A stretch of DNA of 63,990 nt, filler included, from Dimargaris cristalligena (GCA_003614675.1; 4 parts of 4 records of this genome joined end to end with filler, not necessarily neighbours in it); one strand, 5' to 3'. Positions 25,673-38,171 are shown, numbered from the whole stretch's first letter. Program-made: numbers and translations. The notes: generated by a model from the sequence alone, not told the origin.

Positions 25673-26623
25673 GGCGTTTAGGATTGAGCTGTGTAAATGG
25701 GCCGGAAGACTGGAATTAAATCGATTGGGTTGGAGAAGGAGGATTTATTGAGAAGGATGTGAATTCTATTGCTGGAAGGAGGGAAGTTATAGTAAGATGA
25801 GCGAAGATTAGAGATGTATGAATGTGAAGGGTGAATTTTTTTTAGACAAAAGGGAATGTGAATGCCAAGAGTGGTTTCTTTCATTAATAATTTAGCGGAT
25901 AATAGGTGGTTATTGTTTACTCACGCCGCTTATTAATTGCACACTGGTATATACTGGACCACTTGACCAAATAGCAACCACTCTGTTTGGTTGGTTTAGG
26001 ACTGGAACAGGCCAATAAATCAAATTTAGTAAGGACTTTACGCCACACTTCTAGACGTTTCGCGCTCCCTCCATGGCCTCACCACATTCAACCCTTTGGT
26101 GCCGTAAATCACACCCATAGACCGGGGGAATGTCGTCATGACCAACTCAAAAAGCCCTCCCAATATATATCATGACATTAATGCCACGGTCTATATTACT
26201 TATCTATAGTACATACAAGGAAGTAGGACAACAATCTTAATAATGCCAATGGGTCTATCTCGCCATAATATATATATTGGGTAACATCAATTTATTGAAG
26301 TTAATTATAAACGCGTCATAGTAAAGTATCAACAGTGGTACTTGGTGGTGGTAAGGTCATAAAGATAGGCAGTCTTAAGTGAACTCAATAACTAGGGATG
26401 GGGGTAAACACAAGATATAGAGCTAGTATACCGGATACAGGAACAGGTAGGTGAGTGTGCAGATAGTGGGCACGTTGATGAATACATCGTCACTGAGCCC
26501 AGGGACAATAAAAATGAGTGCGAGAGAAAGCGGTAGGTAAATATAATGGATTGATGCGTGTATTAAGCTATTCAGTCTACCCCCTATAGCTTTTAATCAA
26601 TCATTAATGCTCAGTCGTCGAAA

Positions 26624-26902
26624 TTAGACAAAAATAAAAGACGTGGCTTTAAATCCTGAGAAACCAAAGAGAGCTTGAAACTCTGAAGGAGTGGGCTTTT
26701 TAAAACGAGCTTGGTGAACCCGTCTAGGTTCGTGGTGCAGTTCCCAACGGCCCAAGGAGTCGGGAGATTGGGCTAGAGGAGGGCCTGATTGGGCCGTAAC
26801 ATCGTCCCGCTTGGCCATATAGGTTGGGCAGGGCGGAATCACAGCGGCCATCACAGTGACTTGGGAGGCAAAGATTAGACCCAGAATAACACTCAAGTTC
26901 AT
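26624..26902 (-). CDS. Small putative secreted protein (92 aa) with a dibasic KR site
   Basis: Hydrophobic N-terminus MNLSVILGLIFASQVTVMA, then AVIPPCPTYMAKR. ATG in ACCATG context with a C/T-rich leader. Confidence 0.55.
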   Translation of the reverse strand: MNLSVILGLIFASQVTVMAAVIPPCPTYMAKRDDVTAQSGPPLAQSPDSLGRWELHHEPRRVHQARFKKPTPSEFQALFGFSGFKATSFIFV

Positions 26903-28090
26903 GGTAGAGGATTGGAACGGTGATTCACCAAGATGGGTCTAGAGAGTGAAGTACGGGATTCGTTGGCGAATTATAGTTGGCTACCGGATGGACTACAGGT
27001 GGATATGGGTAGGCGTAGAGAAAAGTGGAGGGATGTGGGGCGGAGTCGTCGATTGATATATAAATGAATAGGTGGTGGAAGAGGCAGTTGGGATTTGAGT
27101 GAGGTTCTCTGGCGCCTGGAAGCACGGTTATTATATCGTAGACTAAATCGAGAGAATTCCAGTGGATGGCTGAAAATAGTCAAAACCCAATCGATCTCGC
27201 ATACTTTGAGCCGACAGGGATTCATCACAGTCGCTTAGATCTCCCTTCCGACCTTTCTTGATCCCAGATTGTAAATCTTGACTAACCAGTCCCAACCAAT
27301 TGAGTACGGAGCAGGATGCGTGACGAATGATCCGCTTGGATTTGCACCCACATGGAGACCGAGGTGCTATTATTGTTGACCCTACCCTTGATCTAGTGGT
27401 AGTTTAGATCACACCTCTCCCCTCTAAGTATGCCCATCATTCACCCAACTAGCGTGCATCCACCCTAGTCCATCACGCGGTTTTTTACGGTTTAAGCAAA
27501 TCACCAAGAATTGACCCTCCGATCAATTCACATCGGGCACCGTAAATCGCTCTGTATTAAAACATTGGGCATACCCATCGACCCATGCAGCACCTTGATA
27601 CACGCGGCACCGGAGGCAATCGTTTTGGATTTCCATTATCAACCCCTAGATGATGCCCCTGCGAATTTGCTTTAAACGAGCACGGCTAATAGTTACTGCA
27701 AATACGGGGTGCTAACTAGCGGATAGACCCCCTGTACTGGCACATTTTTAATAAGGTTGTGCAGAAAGCAGTAGATCATCAGGGACAGTAATATATAGAT
27801 AGGTTCACAGAAAGTTCCGGTTGAATGGAGGGCCACCGTATTTAATGTGCATCCGTGAGGGCTAGCATCTAATTATCGGGTAGAAATTTGGTCAAAAAGG
27901 GGGTTTTGGGATCCAAAAGACTCGACTGCCACCAGGACACCCAGGCTTACATCATCATTGGAGAAAGTGGTACTAGCATCCTAGTATTATGTAATAAATT
28001 AAGGTAATACTGGCCGGCAGTGTCGACTATTGAAGATTGAGACACCAACCTGGTTTTCCGGTTGAAATACAGGGGGTGGTTAATCCTGTC

Positions 28091-28238
28091 CATATGGGTA
28101 AAATTCAAACCAGCTGTAAAAGGTTTTACAATATACGTGTACGGGCGAATATATGTGAGAGTGGCTTTTAACCAGTAATATTGGCCTCATCCAATGGATT
28201 TTTCATTATACAGCCTGAAGGAACTTCTCCCATATATA
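28091..28238 (+). mobile_element. MITE-like repeat copy
   Basis: CATATGGGTAAAATTCAAACCAGCTGTAAA...TTATACAGCCTGAAGGAACTTCTCCCATATA; inverted ends, colinear with 32430. Confidence 0.78.
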
Positions 28239-28699
28239 CATGAAGCAAATCCGGAGCCTGTAAGCGAATCAGCATCCTGCAACTTCCCCGTTGAAATAGT
28301 AGCGCACGCAGGTGCAGCCGGCAATTCGAAAAAGCATATGCGATTCGCCCAGTGGCCATCATATAATGGACATTCATATGTCATTTGCCTGCCGGGGTCA
28401 ATTTTTCTCTAAAGAAAAGTAACCTGCCATTTAGCTATATATTCGCTAGGCTCTTTCGATACTATATAAATAGGCTAGACTTCTCCTCAGTTTCAGAGTT
28501 TCACAAACGTAGCTGGGATTGAATGATATATTTATTTTCCCACAAGAACCGCGGGATGCAACGGAGCGCGGTCCAAATTGGTTGGGGTATAATGCATACG
28601 GGAGGAGACGGGACGGACGCTCACGGATGAAATTTACAATTAAATGATAATAGTATTCATGGACAAAATTATCAAATATATCGGAAAGGCCTAATTAAA

Positions 28700-29581
28700 T
28701 TAGAGGGTAGGCCACGATAGTAACAATCCGCAAGCGACAACCGAGGTAAATAGCGAAGAGTTTAAGGCAGTGACCGACGAATTCGAACCGGATTGGCCGT
28801 CTTGTAATGGGTCACTGGAAGACTTGTCGGTGAGCGAAGGACGAGTAGGAACGTAATTGGCGTTGGGTTGTTTGTAGTCATTGGCCAGGGTAGCGAGGTC
28901 AGTTTCCTTGGTTAGGGCCACATTGGCGTACTTGGAGGGAAGGTCAGAGTACTTATCCTGGTCCGTAATGTCGATGGTTTGGGAAGGAGGGCTGGTACTT
29001 GAGGTCGGGCTAACCGATGGCAAAGAAGACGAAGTGGGAGTAGAAATGGCTGATGTAGTATCGGACGGTTCGGATTCTTCCTGGGAGTCGTCGGTGTCGC
29101 TTGGAGAAGGAGCAGTCTTATCCTGGACCTGGATCTGGCTACCGCTGTCGGACTGACTATCCGTATGGGAGCTACCCGAGGCATTCCGCCAGATATCCAT
29201 GCAGAGTTCGTCGTCGACCTGCGACCACGACGCCTCCACGGGATCGGTATCCTGTCCGAAAATCTCCTTATAAATGACCGTACTGACATCGAGCCCCCGA
29301 CCCCCCGTATCCACGGCCAGAACATAGGCGTACCGAGTGGAATCGGCTCCGTTGACGACTTTGAGACATTTACCGCAGTCGGTGGCTTTGTTCATGGCCT
29401 GGACGGCCGTGATGCGAGTGATGTCGAGCGTGGCGTACGCCATACCACAGCTCGGCGGGTTGGTGTCGAGCGCTGGGCCCATATCCACATAGTTATGTGG
29501 GGTGATCTTCTGAGACCCGCTCAGAAGGGCGCTTACTGCGGCGGCGTGGGCGAAAATAAAGACAGTGCTTAGGAAATGCAT
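28700..29581 (-). CDS. Secreted RlpA-like double-psi beta-barrel (expansin/loosenin-like) protein with Ser/Thr stalk and probable GPI signal
   Basis: Signal peptide MHFLSTVFIFAHAAAVSA. Domain motifs PPSCG, ITAV, CGKCLKV, AVDTGGRGLDVS. S/T/D-rich linker and a hydrophobic C-terminal tail after small residues. Confidence 0.8.
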   Translation of the reverse strand: MHFLSTVFIFAHAAAVSALLSGSQKITPHNYVDMGPALDTNPPSCGMAYATLDITRITAVQAMNKATDCGKCLKVVNGADSTRYAYVLAVDTGGRGLDVSTVIYKEIFGQDTDPVEASWSQVDDELCMDIWRNASGSSHTDSQSDSGSQIQVQDKTAPSPSDTDDSQEESEPSDTTSAISTPTSSSLPSVSPTSSTSPPSQTIDITDQDKYSDLPSKYANVALTKETDLATLANDYKQPNANYVPTRPSLTDKSSSDPLQDGQSGSNSSVTALNSSLFTSVVACGLLLSWPTL

Positions 29582-32429
29582 GATGACGATGGTTAACAAT
29601 GGCGGATGAAATGGAAGCAGATGCTATGAAGAGAAGAGAAGGGTATACACCGAATATCCAAGTCGGCAATTCACAGTACTAAGAGAAATGATAAATATAA
29701 ATGGGGGAGGAGTTCAATTGGTGCAGTGGGGTTGAGCGGGGGGAGGGAAGCATGCAGAATATATAGTAACATTAGGATTAGTCCGTACAGCTCAGAAATG
29801 AAACGGTGATGTGAAGACATTGGGGTTTTGTTTTCAGCTCCCTGAATAACATCCAACACCCTTCCGCAAAACAATGAAAATCATTCGGGGGCGTCCAAAG
29901 AAAGAAGCGAAAGCCGTTGCTTTAGCGTACATGGAAGTTCCAAAGGAAGCTCGAGCGATATAGTCGTTATTATTGTTGTTCTATTGATTTTGCTGAAAAT
30001 CGGGACATACCTCCAGAGTAAGTGAACCGCAAAACGGGAATTGTCTTGGTGGGAAGTGGAAAAAATGCTAATAAAGAGCTAAATAGAGTTCCGCTGCACA
30101 GTGCGTAAGACGGGGAGGCAGACTATAGCCAGGTACAAAATGTAGAACTATAAGTAAATAATGCCAAGGTTGTGGGGCAGAGCGGAGCTTGTAAAATAAA
30201 ATTTTGAAACTAGACATAAAATTGTAACGGCGCGTAAGGCAAGTGGGGACTAAAGCCTATTATATATACACTTATATTTGCGTGTCGGGACAGTAGGCGT
30301 GTGCAGACAAATGCCCAATAAAAGAGCGTGTCGACGAAAATACGACGATACAGGGAGGACAAACCAAAAAAAAACAAGTACAGCGAAAAATAACCACCAG
30401 TCAACACGTTCCAAGCAAGGATGAAGAGGTGATACAGCAGAAGCAGATGGCATTGTTATATTGGAAGAAGGCGGAGGTCTGGCGGTACCATTACTCCCAT
30501 TTACTTTTTGACCACTTGCCAGCTCCGCTTATTTGCATGGGGGGGAAAGCATCGGGTTAACTAATCAGGAACCGCGGATGTGAGCACAGTCGGGCCGTTA
30601 ATGAAGGCATATGGGAAAACGAGAAGGCCCGGTCTTATTGAGCACCGATCGGGGAGTCGACTGTGGAAGGGAGAAGGCCAGCGATGCAGGTGGGTGGAAA
30701 CAACCGTAACCGAGGAATTCTTCTCTATTCACAGTTGATTAACGAACCCAATCAATTAATGACTCGCAATTCAACTTCTCCATTTACCCAAATCATCCAT
30801 AGCGGCGATCCTGCCTCACATTGCCGTTTCGGGCACAGGCCAATCAGGCGGGAAATGGCTCATTGGATTTGAGCAGCCTGAGAACAACACATATGGAGGA
30901 GGGGAGGGGGTTTTACTTCCCCAGCCCCCAACCCCAGTTGGTGCACCAGGTCTCAGTGTTAAGTCTCAAGTCTGTCTCCCCCCCTCGCTCAACAACTGCC
31001 ATGAGGAGCGGGGGATAAACAGGTGGCCGAGCCAGTGGTGATCATTGTGTCATTAGAAACCCCCGTCCTCCCCAGGGCAATCAAAGCCCATCATGACCAA
31101 TCGCTGGTGTCAGTTGACGGGTCCATCACCCGTTGGAATATAGGAAACTCCCTTTGCCTTCCCGACAGACCCAAAGCAACATTCTTCCCCCCCTCCACTG
31201 TGTTAACCGGCGAGAGTTGATTGGGGGCGTCGGCCCCTCAGGTAAAAGATTGAGTGTGGAACTCGAAATCTGACCCCCCCAACCACCGACGTGTATAGCG
31301 CGGCCAGCTTATAAATCCCCCCTTTGCATTGGGCCCACCATCCCAATTATCTCCGCTATTCTCCAAGTTTCCCATCCCCACACACTCCCAAGAGCGAATA
31401 AAAGAGCGGCAGCCAACCTGGCTATACAGTTGCACCCGATCAGTGTGATTATGGACATGGCCAGCTCAGTGAATGGCTTTACTGGAATTATACTCGGTAA
31501 ATAATGGCGCTTACTCCATCTATAATCGCACTAGCCTTTTTCCACCATCAACTACCGGCAAATCCAAACAAGGGCTGAGGTGACAAAGTGCACTTGATAT
31601 ATAATAGTGTATAGTCGGATCAGGGCAATGATTGGCACTTGAATGTCCAGTCTAGTAGCAAAAGAGGGATGTCTACTACTCGTCAGCTTTCAGACCCCAT
31701 ACTCAGCCACTGTGCGATCCAAGGTTCACCGCAAAAATAAACCCCCACCCACCACTATAAATCAATCAAAATTCAAAAACGACCAAAGGGCCCTCCTATT
31801 CCTCAAAATAAGCACGATAATATGATATAAAAAAGCCATCGAGCCACCTAGGGATGAACACATCTCCACACCGGAAATTTGTGACCCTGCTCAAATGCTA
31901 CTTTTACTATGCCTGTGGTACTATCCCCACTGTGGCGGTTGGTTCCACCCGTAACACCCCGGCCAGGCTGCACCACTCCAATAAAACGGACAGGCTCAAA
32001 CTCATTGAAGAGATAGGCCATTTTTAATTTACAAATCTGGCTCTCAAGTGTTGTGTACTGCCCGATAGTATGGATCATTGAACCACTCATTCCATTATGC
32101 CTCCATATGAAAAACTTAGCAAGGGAAAAGTGTCTCCCCGTGTAACCCATACGGTGCTGAATTCTTCCTGATAGGTACCTCTCAGTGCGCTCTCTGTATT
32201 GAAAGGGTAGTAGTGTTGGCGTTTCATATTACCGGCCAGCGACAAATTGGGACGGTACTCAATTACAATCACAGCCACTATTCACAGCGGCGTAATTTTT
32301 ATCATGGTTCACTCTTGCGGATTAAAATGTGCCACCCACCGAACCCTAATGTTGTAGAAGAGCAAATGATATTGCATGTCAAGGCCAGCAGTGGTGGATC
32401 TATAGGATAGGATACATCGAAGCACTTAT

Positions 32430-32576
32430 CATATGGGTGAAATTCAGCCCAGCTATATAAGGGTTTACATTATATGTGTATGGGTGAATATATGGGAAAT
32501 TTATTTTTAACTAATAATATTGGCCGAATCCAATGGATTTTTCGTTATACAGCCCGTATGAACTTCTCCCATATAT
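32430..32576 (+). mobile_element. MITE-like repeat copy
   Basis: CATATGGGTGAAATTCAGCCCAGCTATATAA...TTATACAGCCCGTATGAACTTCTCCCATATA with ~30-bp imperfect TIRs. Confidence 0.8.
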
Positions 32577-33677
32577 TACAATGGAATGGCCCACATGAAT
32601 CCCCACTCCAAGGGCATTTGCGGCAGCCAACGATTTCCCCCCAAAATAGCCCGAAAAATTAGGCCGCCTAAATTCCGGACAGGGCTGCTGTATCACTCAT
32701 TCCTCCTGCTATCTCGTAATTAGAACAAGGCCAATGAAAATGTATCCGTGATTTGATAACCGCCGACGGTAAAATCAGAGATTGATTCCAACTACTATCG
32801 GGGGATTTATCCATCAGTAAATATATACTATTACCGAGAGTAATGAATACAAGTCGGATCGTCTAGATTACCAACGCCTGCGTGTTCTCTCCAATTCATT
32901 ATTCGCTCTAACACGGTATTCCATATAAATTTACCAAGTACCGATGCACGCGAGGGTCGTATCCTTCGATAGGGCGTAGTCGCTTGGGGAATACTGCTGA
33001 TAATGCCTCGCCGAATCCACATAATGGAAATGTAATAAATCCAGCTAATATAGAGATACCTATTCTAAACGGGAATCAATATTACCACCATCAAGGGCTA
33101 GATACTATTTGAAATATACCACACCGCAGTACTATACGGTCGGATGGCTATTTTATCCCGATACTGGTTTCGTATGTAATGTTATTCAAATGAGTTTCGA
33201 AAAACGTCAACATCGTACTTTAGAATGCTAGTATCTATCAGCGAACACTATCAAGTATATGGAGTGCCAAGGGAACTTCAGCTAATGCTTTCAGATATTC
33301 TGCGGTCCCATAATATGGCTAGCGCACATAAGATTAAAAGGCAGCAACGGCGTACAAATCACGTGCTGCTAAATTTATGGTTACGACTCAAAATTCATTA
33401 AATGACAGCGGAAAGGTATTGCCCAAGAAACCCGACCTCATTCGGGCCAAAAATATAGTATTCGATATACTCTCTCCCAGCTACCACTAGTTAACATCAG
33501 ACCCATTGTCCTACTATCCGCCATTCGCTTTATTCCAACGCTCACTTCTACCCCGATAACCAAAGCTAAGACTTCCGACAGGCACTGCCTCATTCTCAAG
33601 GACGAGTCAGTCAGTTACCCATGCGACATGGAGCAGCCGCTAACCCAGTACAGCCGGGCGGAGTACATTGAGACCGA

Positions 33678-33777
33678 NNNNNNNNNNNNNNNNNNNNNNN
33701 NNNNNNNNNNNNNNNNNNNNNTTAATTAATTAANNNNNNNNNNNNNNNNNNNNNNNNNNNNNNNNNNNNNNNNNNNN
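33678..33777. other. Artificial assembly linker N44-TTAATTAATTAA-N44
   Basis: Same 100-nt spacer as at 16806 and 50532. Confidence 0.97.
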
Positions 33778-34749
33778 TTTTGATGGTCGAGGGGCAGTGT
33801 GTAGCTTATGTTCAAGAGGGTTGCGTGCAAATGAGCCAATGGAAGCATAGGTTAGTAGATGATGTATTGTCCGACATTCTCCTATTAAACAGCCAGCTGT
33901 CCCAAGGATATATTTCGGTCAGTCTTTAATACCCGTCTGCAGTTGGTTTTATTGAAATTACTTCCCCTTTTACTTCATAATTGTAGGGGAGGATGCTGAA
34001 TTATAGTTAGAGTATTTTCCATATATATATATATTTTACATGCCTCATTCAATTTTCAATTAGGTGTGGTAAGTGTACTGCCATAGGCTCAGACAAATTT
34101 CCCTTCCCATGAGACAACCTAGTTGTATTCCCTCACCACATAATGACTGTGCATTCAATATCCACAGTTACACTCTTCAAGCAAGCACTTGGAAGACCTC
34201 CATTTTGCTAATCCATATTTGGGCCTAATCATTTCCACTTTCAACTAACCTATAACTACTTCTAATTTTGTCAGCTACATAATTCCAGACAAGTCAGCGG
34301 GAATTGCCTTCACATTAGAATAAGGGATTGACATAAAAGTTTTCCTTATTTATATCTTATTTCTATGAATGCCCCAGAGGATCTGAGGCACTCTCATTTT
34401 CCATTTTTCTATTTTCTATATTTCCTTTCTCTTTTCATACACCATTTAAACTTAAGGACTCAACCAGGTTTATCCCTTTGTGGTTTCATAGTTTTCAGTC
34501 TGTTTGAGGATGATGTCCAAAAGATCGTAGTATAGTTTTAAGGCTGTAACATCAAATTTTCTTATTTATAGTCTCCCAGCTGGCCCTTAAAAATGGCAAG
34601 TTATCTTCGAGATAGGTTTTTATTATTCAGAATAAATAACTATTTTAACTTCACCCAGCATTTTACCCAGTTTCAGCTGAGGACTTCAACCGGAAGTCAA
34701 TTTTTCATTTTCTTAATTTTTATTATCTTATTTTCAGCATGTAGCCACC

Positions 34750-35055
34750 ATGGCTCCCCCAGTACCTAACTCTGGTGATGGGAGTTTAGGATCGATTCAT
34801 GTGGAACATTTTCCCCCATACCCCAGTTTGACCTCCAACATCAGTTCCAATCAAATCCAACTAGCCAAAGGACAATTTCCCGAGTTCTCCATGTTACATC
34901 CAGGTACTGGCCCCTCGAAACTGATGTCCAGTGAACCTTCCAGTCCAGAAGGGAGTGGGACATCTAACCCCAGCTCCAATCTCAGAATGGAGGTACCTCA
35001 AATCACTGGCACAATAGTAAGCCTGACTTTGTCTGTTTCCAAGAATCAAGCCTAA
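34750..35055 (+). pseudogene. Possible gene or gene relic (Ser/Pro-rich) in a CpG-depleted block
   Basis: ATG in GCCACCATGG context, 101 codons. Weak resemblance to the N-terminus of the zinc-finger relic at ~50100. Confidence 0.3.
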
Positions 35056-35759
35056 TCACTGATATGAGATCCTCCTGGAAACTTTCCTTATATCACTTAT
35101 ATGCCATTTTTATAAGTTCCTTAAAGTCCCTTTCCCTAATATCCCTGTGTACTTGTTTTTTTAAATATAGGTTCCTGGAGGCTCATCTATACCACAGCAG
35201 TTCATGTCTGCACTTTATTCAGGAAAAGGGACCTAAAATATTGGTGAAAGGTAGGGGGGTAATTATGGGTAATCAATCAGACCCTGACTCTATGGCAATA
35301 CATGGGTAATGCCTAGCACCTCATCTAGTAAAAAAAATATTGGCTGAAGCAAGTTAGCCAATAGGCAAATGGAAACCTGAAGGGTCTACTCTAAAATACC
35401 TGGGCACCTGGCTGAATATTTAGGGCTGCTCATATTAATACATAGACCACAGGGACTTCACCCCATCAATCTTCCTGCCAGAGTCTGCCAGTGATGCCCA
35501 CTGTGCAATTCTGGATGGGGGCAGCAGATCTCTGATTCCCATTGGTGACCTGGGGCCAGGTTCCAACCCCTATGGTTAAGGTGGTTGGTTGACTGATTGC
35601 TCCAACTTTAATTGGACTATGCTCTAGGCATTTACTCGGGGCTTTACCATGAACATAGGGGTGTTTGTTAACCCTATCACATTCTCCACCTCCACCGTGT
35701 CTTAGCACTGATTGGCCACTCCAAAGAGACTGCAATTGGTCCAGGCACTTTTAAAACAC

Positions 35760-35769
35760 CTATAAATAC
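35760..35769 (+). promoter_or_regulatory. TATA box CTATAAATAC
   Basis: About 160 nt upstream of the 35924 ATG. The identical 10-mer precedes two other small secreted ORFs. Confidence 0.6.
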
Positions 35770-35923
35770 CACACCCTTTCTTGCATCCCAACTCAGCATC
35801 AATTACAACAATATCCTCTACTGCCCCACTTGACCACTGCCATATTTTACTGCTAACTCTAACACACCTAATAAATTACTATCTCCTTCCCTCCCCCAAT
35901 ACCTCCTAATACTGCCCATCACC

Positions 35924-36298
35924 ATGAAGTTCCTGGTTGCCACTCCCCTGGTCCTCACTTCCCTGCTGGCTGTTGCCTGTACAGGCCCCTATGGCTCCTA
36001 CAGCAGCTCCGGGAGTTCAATTTATGATACTGAATCTTCAGATGTCTCCACTAAACCTCATTGCCAGAACAGTATGGATAAGTCCCTGAGGTGTAACACC
36101 TCTACTAGCAGTCTAAATGAATATGAAAGGAACAATGGTCTAAATGAAAAGACTGGGGAGAGCACCTTTGGTGGCTATGGACAAACCCATAAATGCCCTA
36201 CATGGTTGTTTTCAATGAACTTGGGTGCCCAGGGATCCTCCTCTCATCCCTATAGTCCTGATTCTGACACTGGCTATTCCAGTTGCTCTAGCCACTAA
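35924..36298 (+). CDS. Small putative secreted Ser/Gly-rich protein with Cys residues (124 aa), CpG-eroded
   Basis: Signal-like MKFLVATPLVLTSLLAVAC, ACCATG start, upstream TATA box and C/A-rich leader. Almost no CpG. Confidence 0.55.
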   Translation: MKFLVATPLVLTSLLAVACTGPYGSYSSSGSSIYDTESSDVSTKPHCQNSMDKSLRCNTSTSSLNEYERNNGLNEKTGESTFGGYGQTHKCPTWLFSMNLGAQGSSSHPYSPDSDTGYSSCSSH

Positions 36299-36705
36299 AC
36301 CATAGTTAACTGGTCTGTACAGGTCAGTGTTGGTCATCATGACACCACTGAATGTTTAATATCCTGGTATGCACTCATATTATGAGTGCAATAGCTGGTT
36401 TATAATAATTGCCATGGTGTGTTTTATACCTGGCACTGCTGGAAACTCCCTTTTATATTTACCCCAAAGTGGATTTTTAGCACTATACTGAATAAATACT
36501 ACCATATTGAGCCCCTTCTACATTTTCCCTCCAAGACTTACCCGATTATTCCAGGCATGATTTAACATAGGAATGGGTAGCCCAGCATTGTCATGGATAC
36601 CGGGACTCCCGATTATATTTGAATGTGCCACCTATCGGATTTTTATATGATAAAATGACATGCATATCGACATCGATCCCTAGTGGATTATCGATTAGTC
36701 TAAAA

Positions 36706-36848
36706 TTATAAGTGAAAATTGATGGTCATATAAAGTTGTAACTGATATATGTATGGGAAACTATGCGGGAGGATTCATTTTTAACTAGTAGCCCATGCCA
36801 CATCTATCGGATTTTTCATAATACAGTCTAGTTGAATACCCCCCACAT
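36706..36848 (+). mobile_element. MITE-like repeat copy (degenerate)
   Basis: AACTGATATATGTATGGGAAA...TTTTTAACTAGTAG...GGATTTTTCATAATACAGTCTAGTTGAATACCCCCCACATG aligns with the other copies. Confidence 0.65.
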
Positions 36849-37409
36849 GCACCGTCCCCTTTATGCATCTCCTAAGCATACCCAGTGCTATGTATTTGGA
36901 TATAATTATTGGGTATACCATATAGTCCCCCTATATTATACCGTATTAACAATGGCGACATTCATGTATACATCACTCATAGATGGTTGAGATCCCCTTT
37001 TAGTCAAGCACGCCATTTTTAAGGCATCGGAGATTATTATAAATATTCGATAAAATTTGCTTGGAAAAAAATAATGTATACTGATCCCGAAATACCTTAA
37101 ATATATGTGTATGCTCAGATGGTTTCATCGAAGGGGTTATAAGCCATGTAGTATAGCAACAGTTTGCAAAAAAAAAGGGGGAGGATTTAGTATGTACAAA
37201 CCATTTGATTGAGTGTTTAAACATGCGCAACTTGAACCATCACTATGGGTAAGAAACCCCTTAAGTGAAATTAAAAGTGGTCGGGATAGGCAGAGATGGG
37301 AAAGATATAAACTGATGTAAATATGTGTGCATAAAAATAATAATGTATTTTTAGAGCAAGGTGGTGGATAAAGATATCCAATGGCAGGTCCTAAACAAGG
37401 TGGTGTACC

Positions 37410-38171
37410 TTACAGTTTCGGGATGCGCAGGGTCTGGCTAATCATAGCGGTGCCATTCAGGACATAAAGCAGGGCCAATGGGTGAACAGTCAGGCAGCTA
37501 GTGACCGAATATTCCCCCAGGGGCGGCAGAGCAACTTGGTGGCCTACTTGGCCCGTGTAAAATAGATACGCAAAGTAAAACACAATGGCGATGGACGAGG
37601 GAATCGGGGTGCCTTCAAAATAATTGATTTTCCCTGAACTATCCTTGGGTAACGAAGCCACTGTGGCATTATAGCGGGCCAGGCGGGCAATACCACAGGA
37701 CACAAAGTACACCATGGCGGCGATGTCGAGGTTGGACTGGAGGCCGAGGGCAAAGCCCAGGGCGGCGGGAGCCATGCCAAACGATACTAAATCGGCCAAG
37801 GAATCGAGTTCCTGGCCTAGGAGCGAGCTGTTCTGGCGCCAACGGGCCACGCGACCGTCCAGCACGTCGAGGAAGGCGCCGATGGGAATGAACCAGAGGG
37901 CGGCGCACATGTACCAGGGATTGTGGGTGACCAGGTACTTCATGCTACAAAGTAGGGAACTGGCCCCGCAAACGCCATTACCGAGGGTGAGAAAGTCGGC
38001 CAAATGGAAAGTGCGGACCAGGTTGAAATGGGTGGAGCGGTAGGAGGGGGGTCGTTTGGTCGGGGTCGCCTGGGAAATCGTGGCGGTGACGGCCTCGCCG
38101 GAAGAAGGGAGGTCGTTGTCGACTGCGGTCGCTACTTTGGACAGACCGTTACTACGAGTGGTTACAGCCAT
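37410..38171 (-). CDS. CHO1: CDP-diacylglycerol--serine O-phosphatidyltransferase (phosphatidylserine synthase)
   Basis: CDP-alcohol phosphotransferase motif DVLDGRVARWRQNSSLLGQELDSLADLVSFG, plus RLARYN, YFEGTPIP and C-terminal LRIPKL. Confidence 0.95.
   Translation of the reverse strand: MAVTTRSNGLSKVATAVDNDLPSSGEAVTATISQATPTKRPPSYRSTHFNLVRTFHLADFLTLGNGVCGASSLLCSMKYLVTHNPWYMCAALWFIPIGAFLDVLDGRVARWRQNSSLLGQELDSLADLVSFGMAPAALGFALGLQSNLDIAAMVYFVSCGIARLARYNATVASLPKDSSGKINYFEGTPIPSSIAIVFYFAYLFYTGQVGHQVALPPLGEYSVTSCLTVHPLALLYVLNGTAMISQTLRIPKL

Noticed and set aside
1188-36848. CRISPR-like interpretation of the recurring palindromic repeat
   Set aside because: Copies are dispersed, ~145 bp, not regularly spaced, and in a eukaryote with no cas genes.
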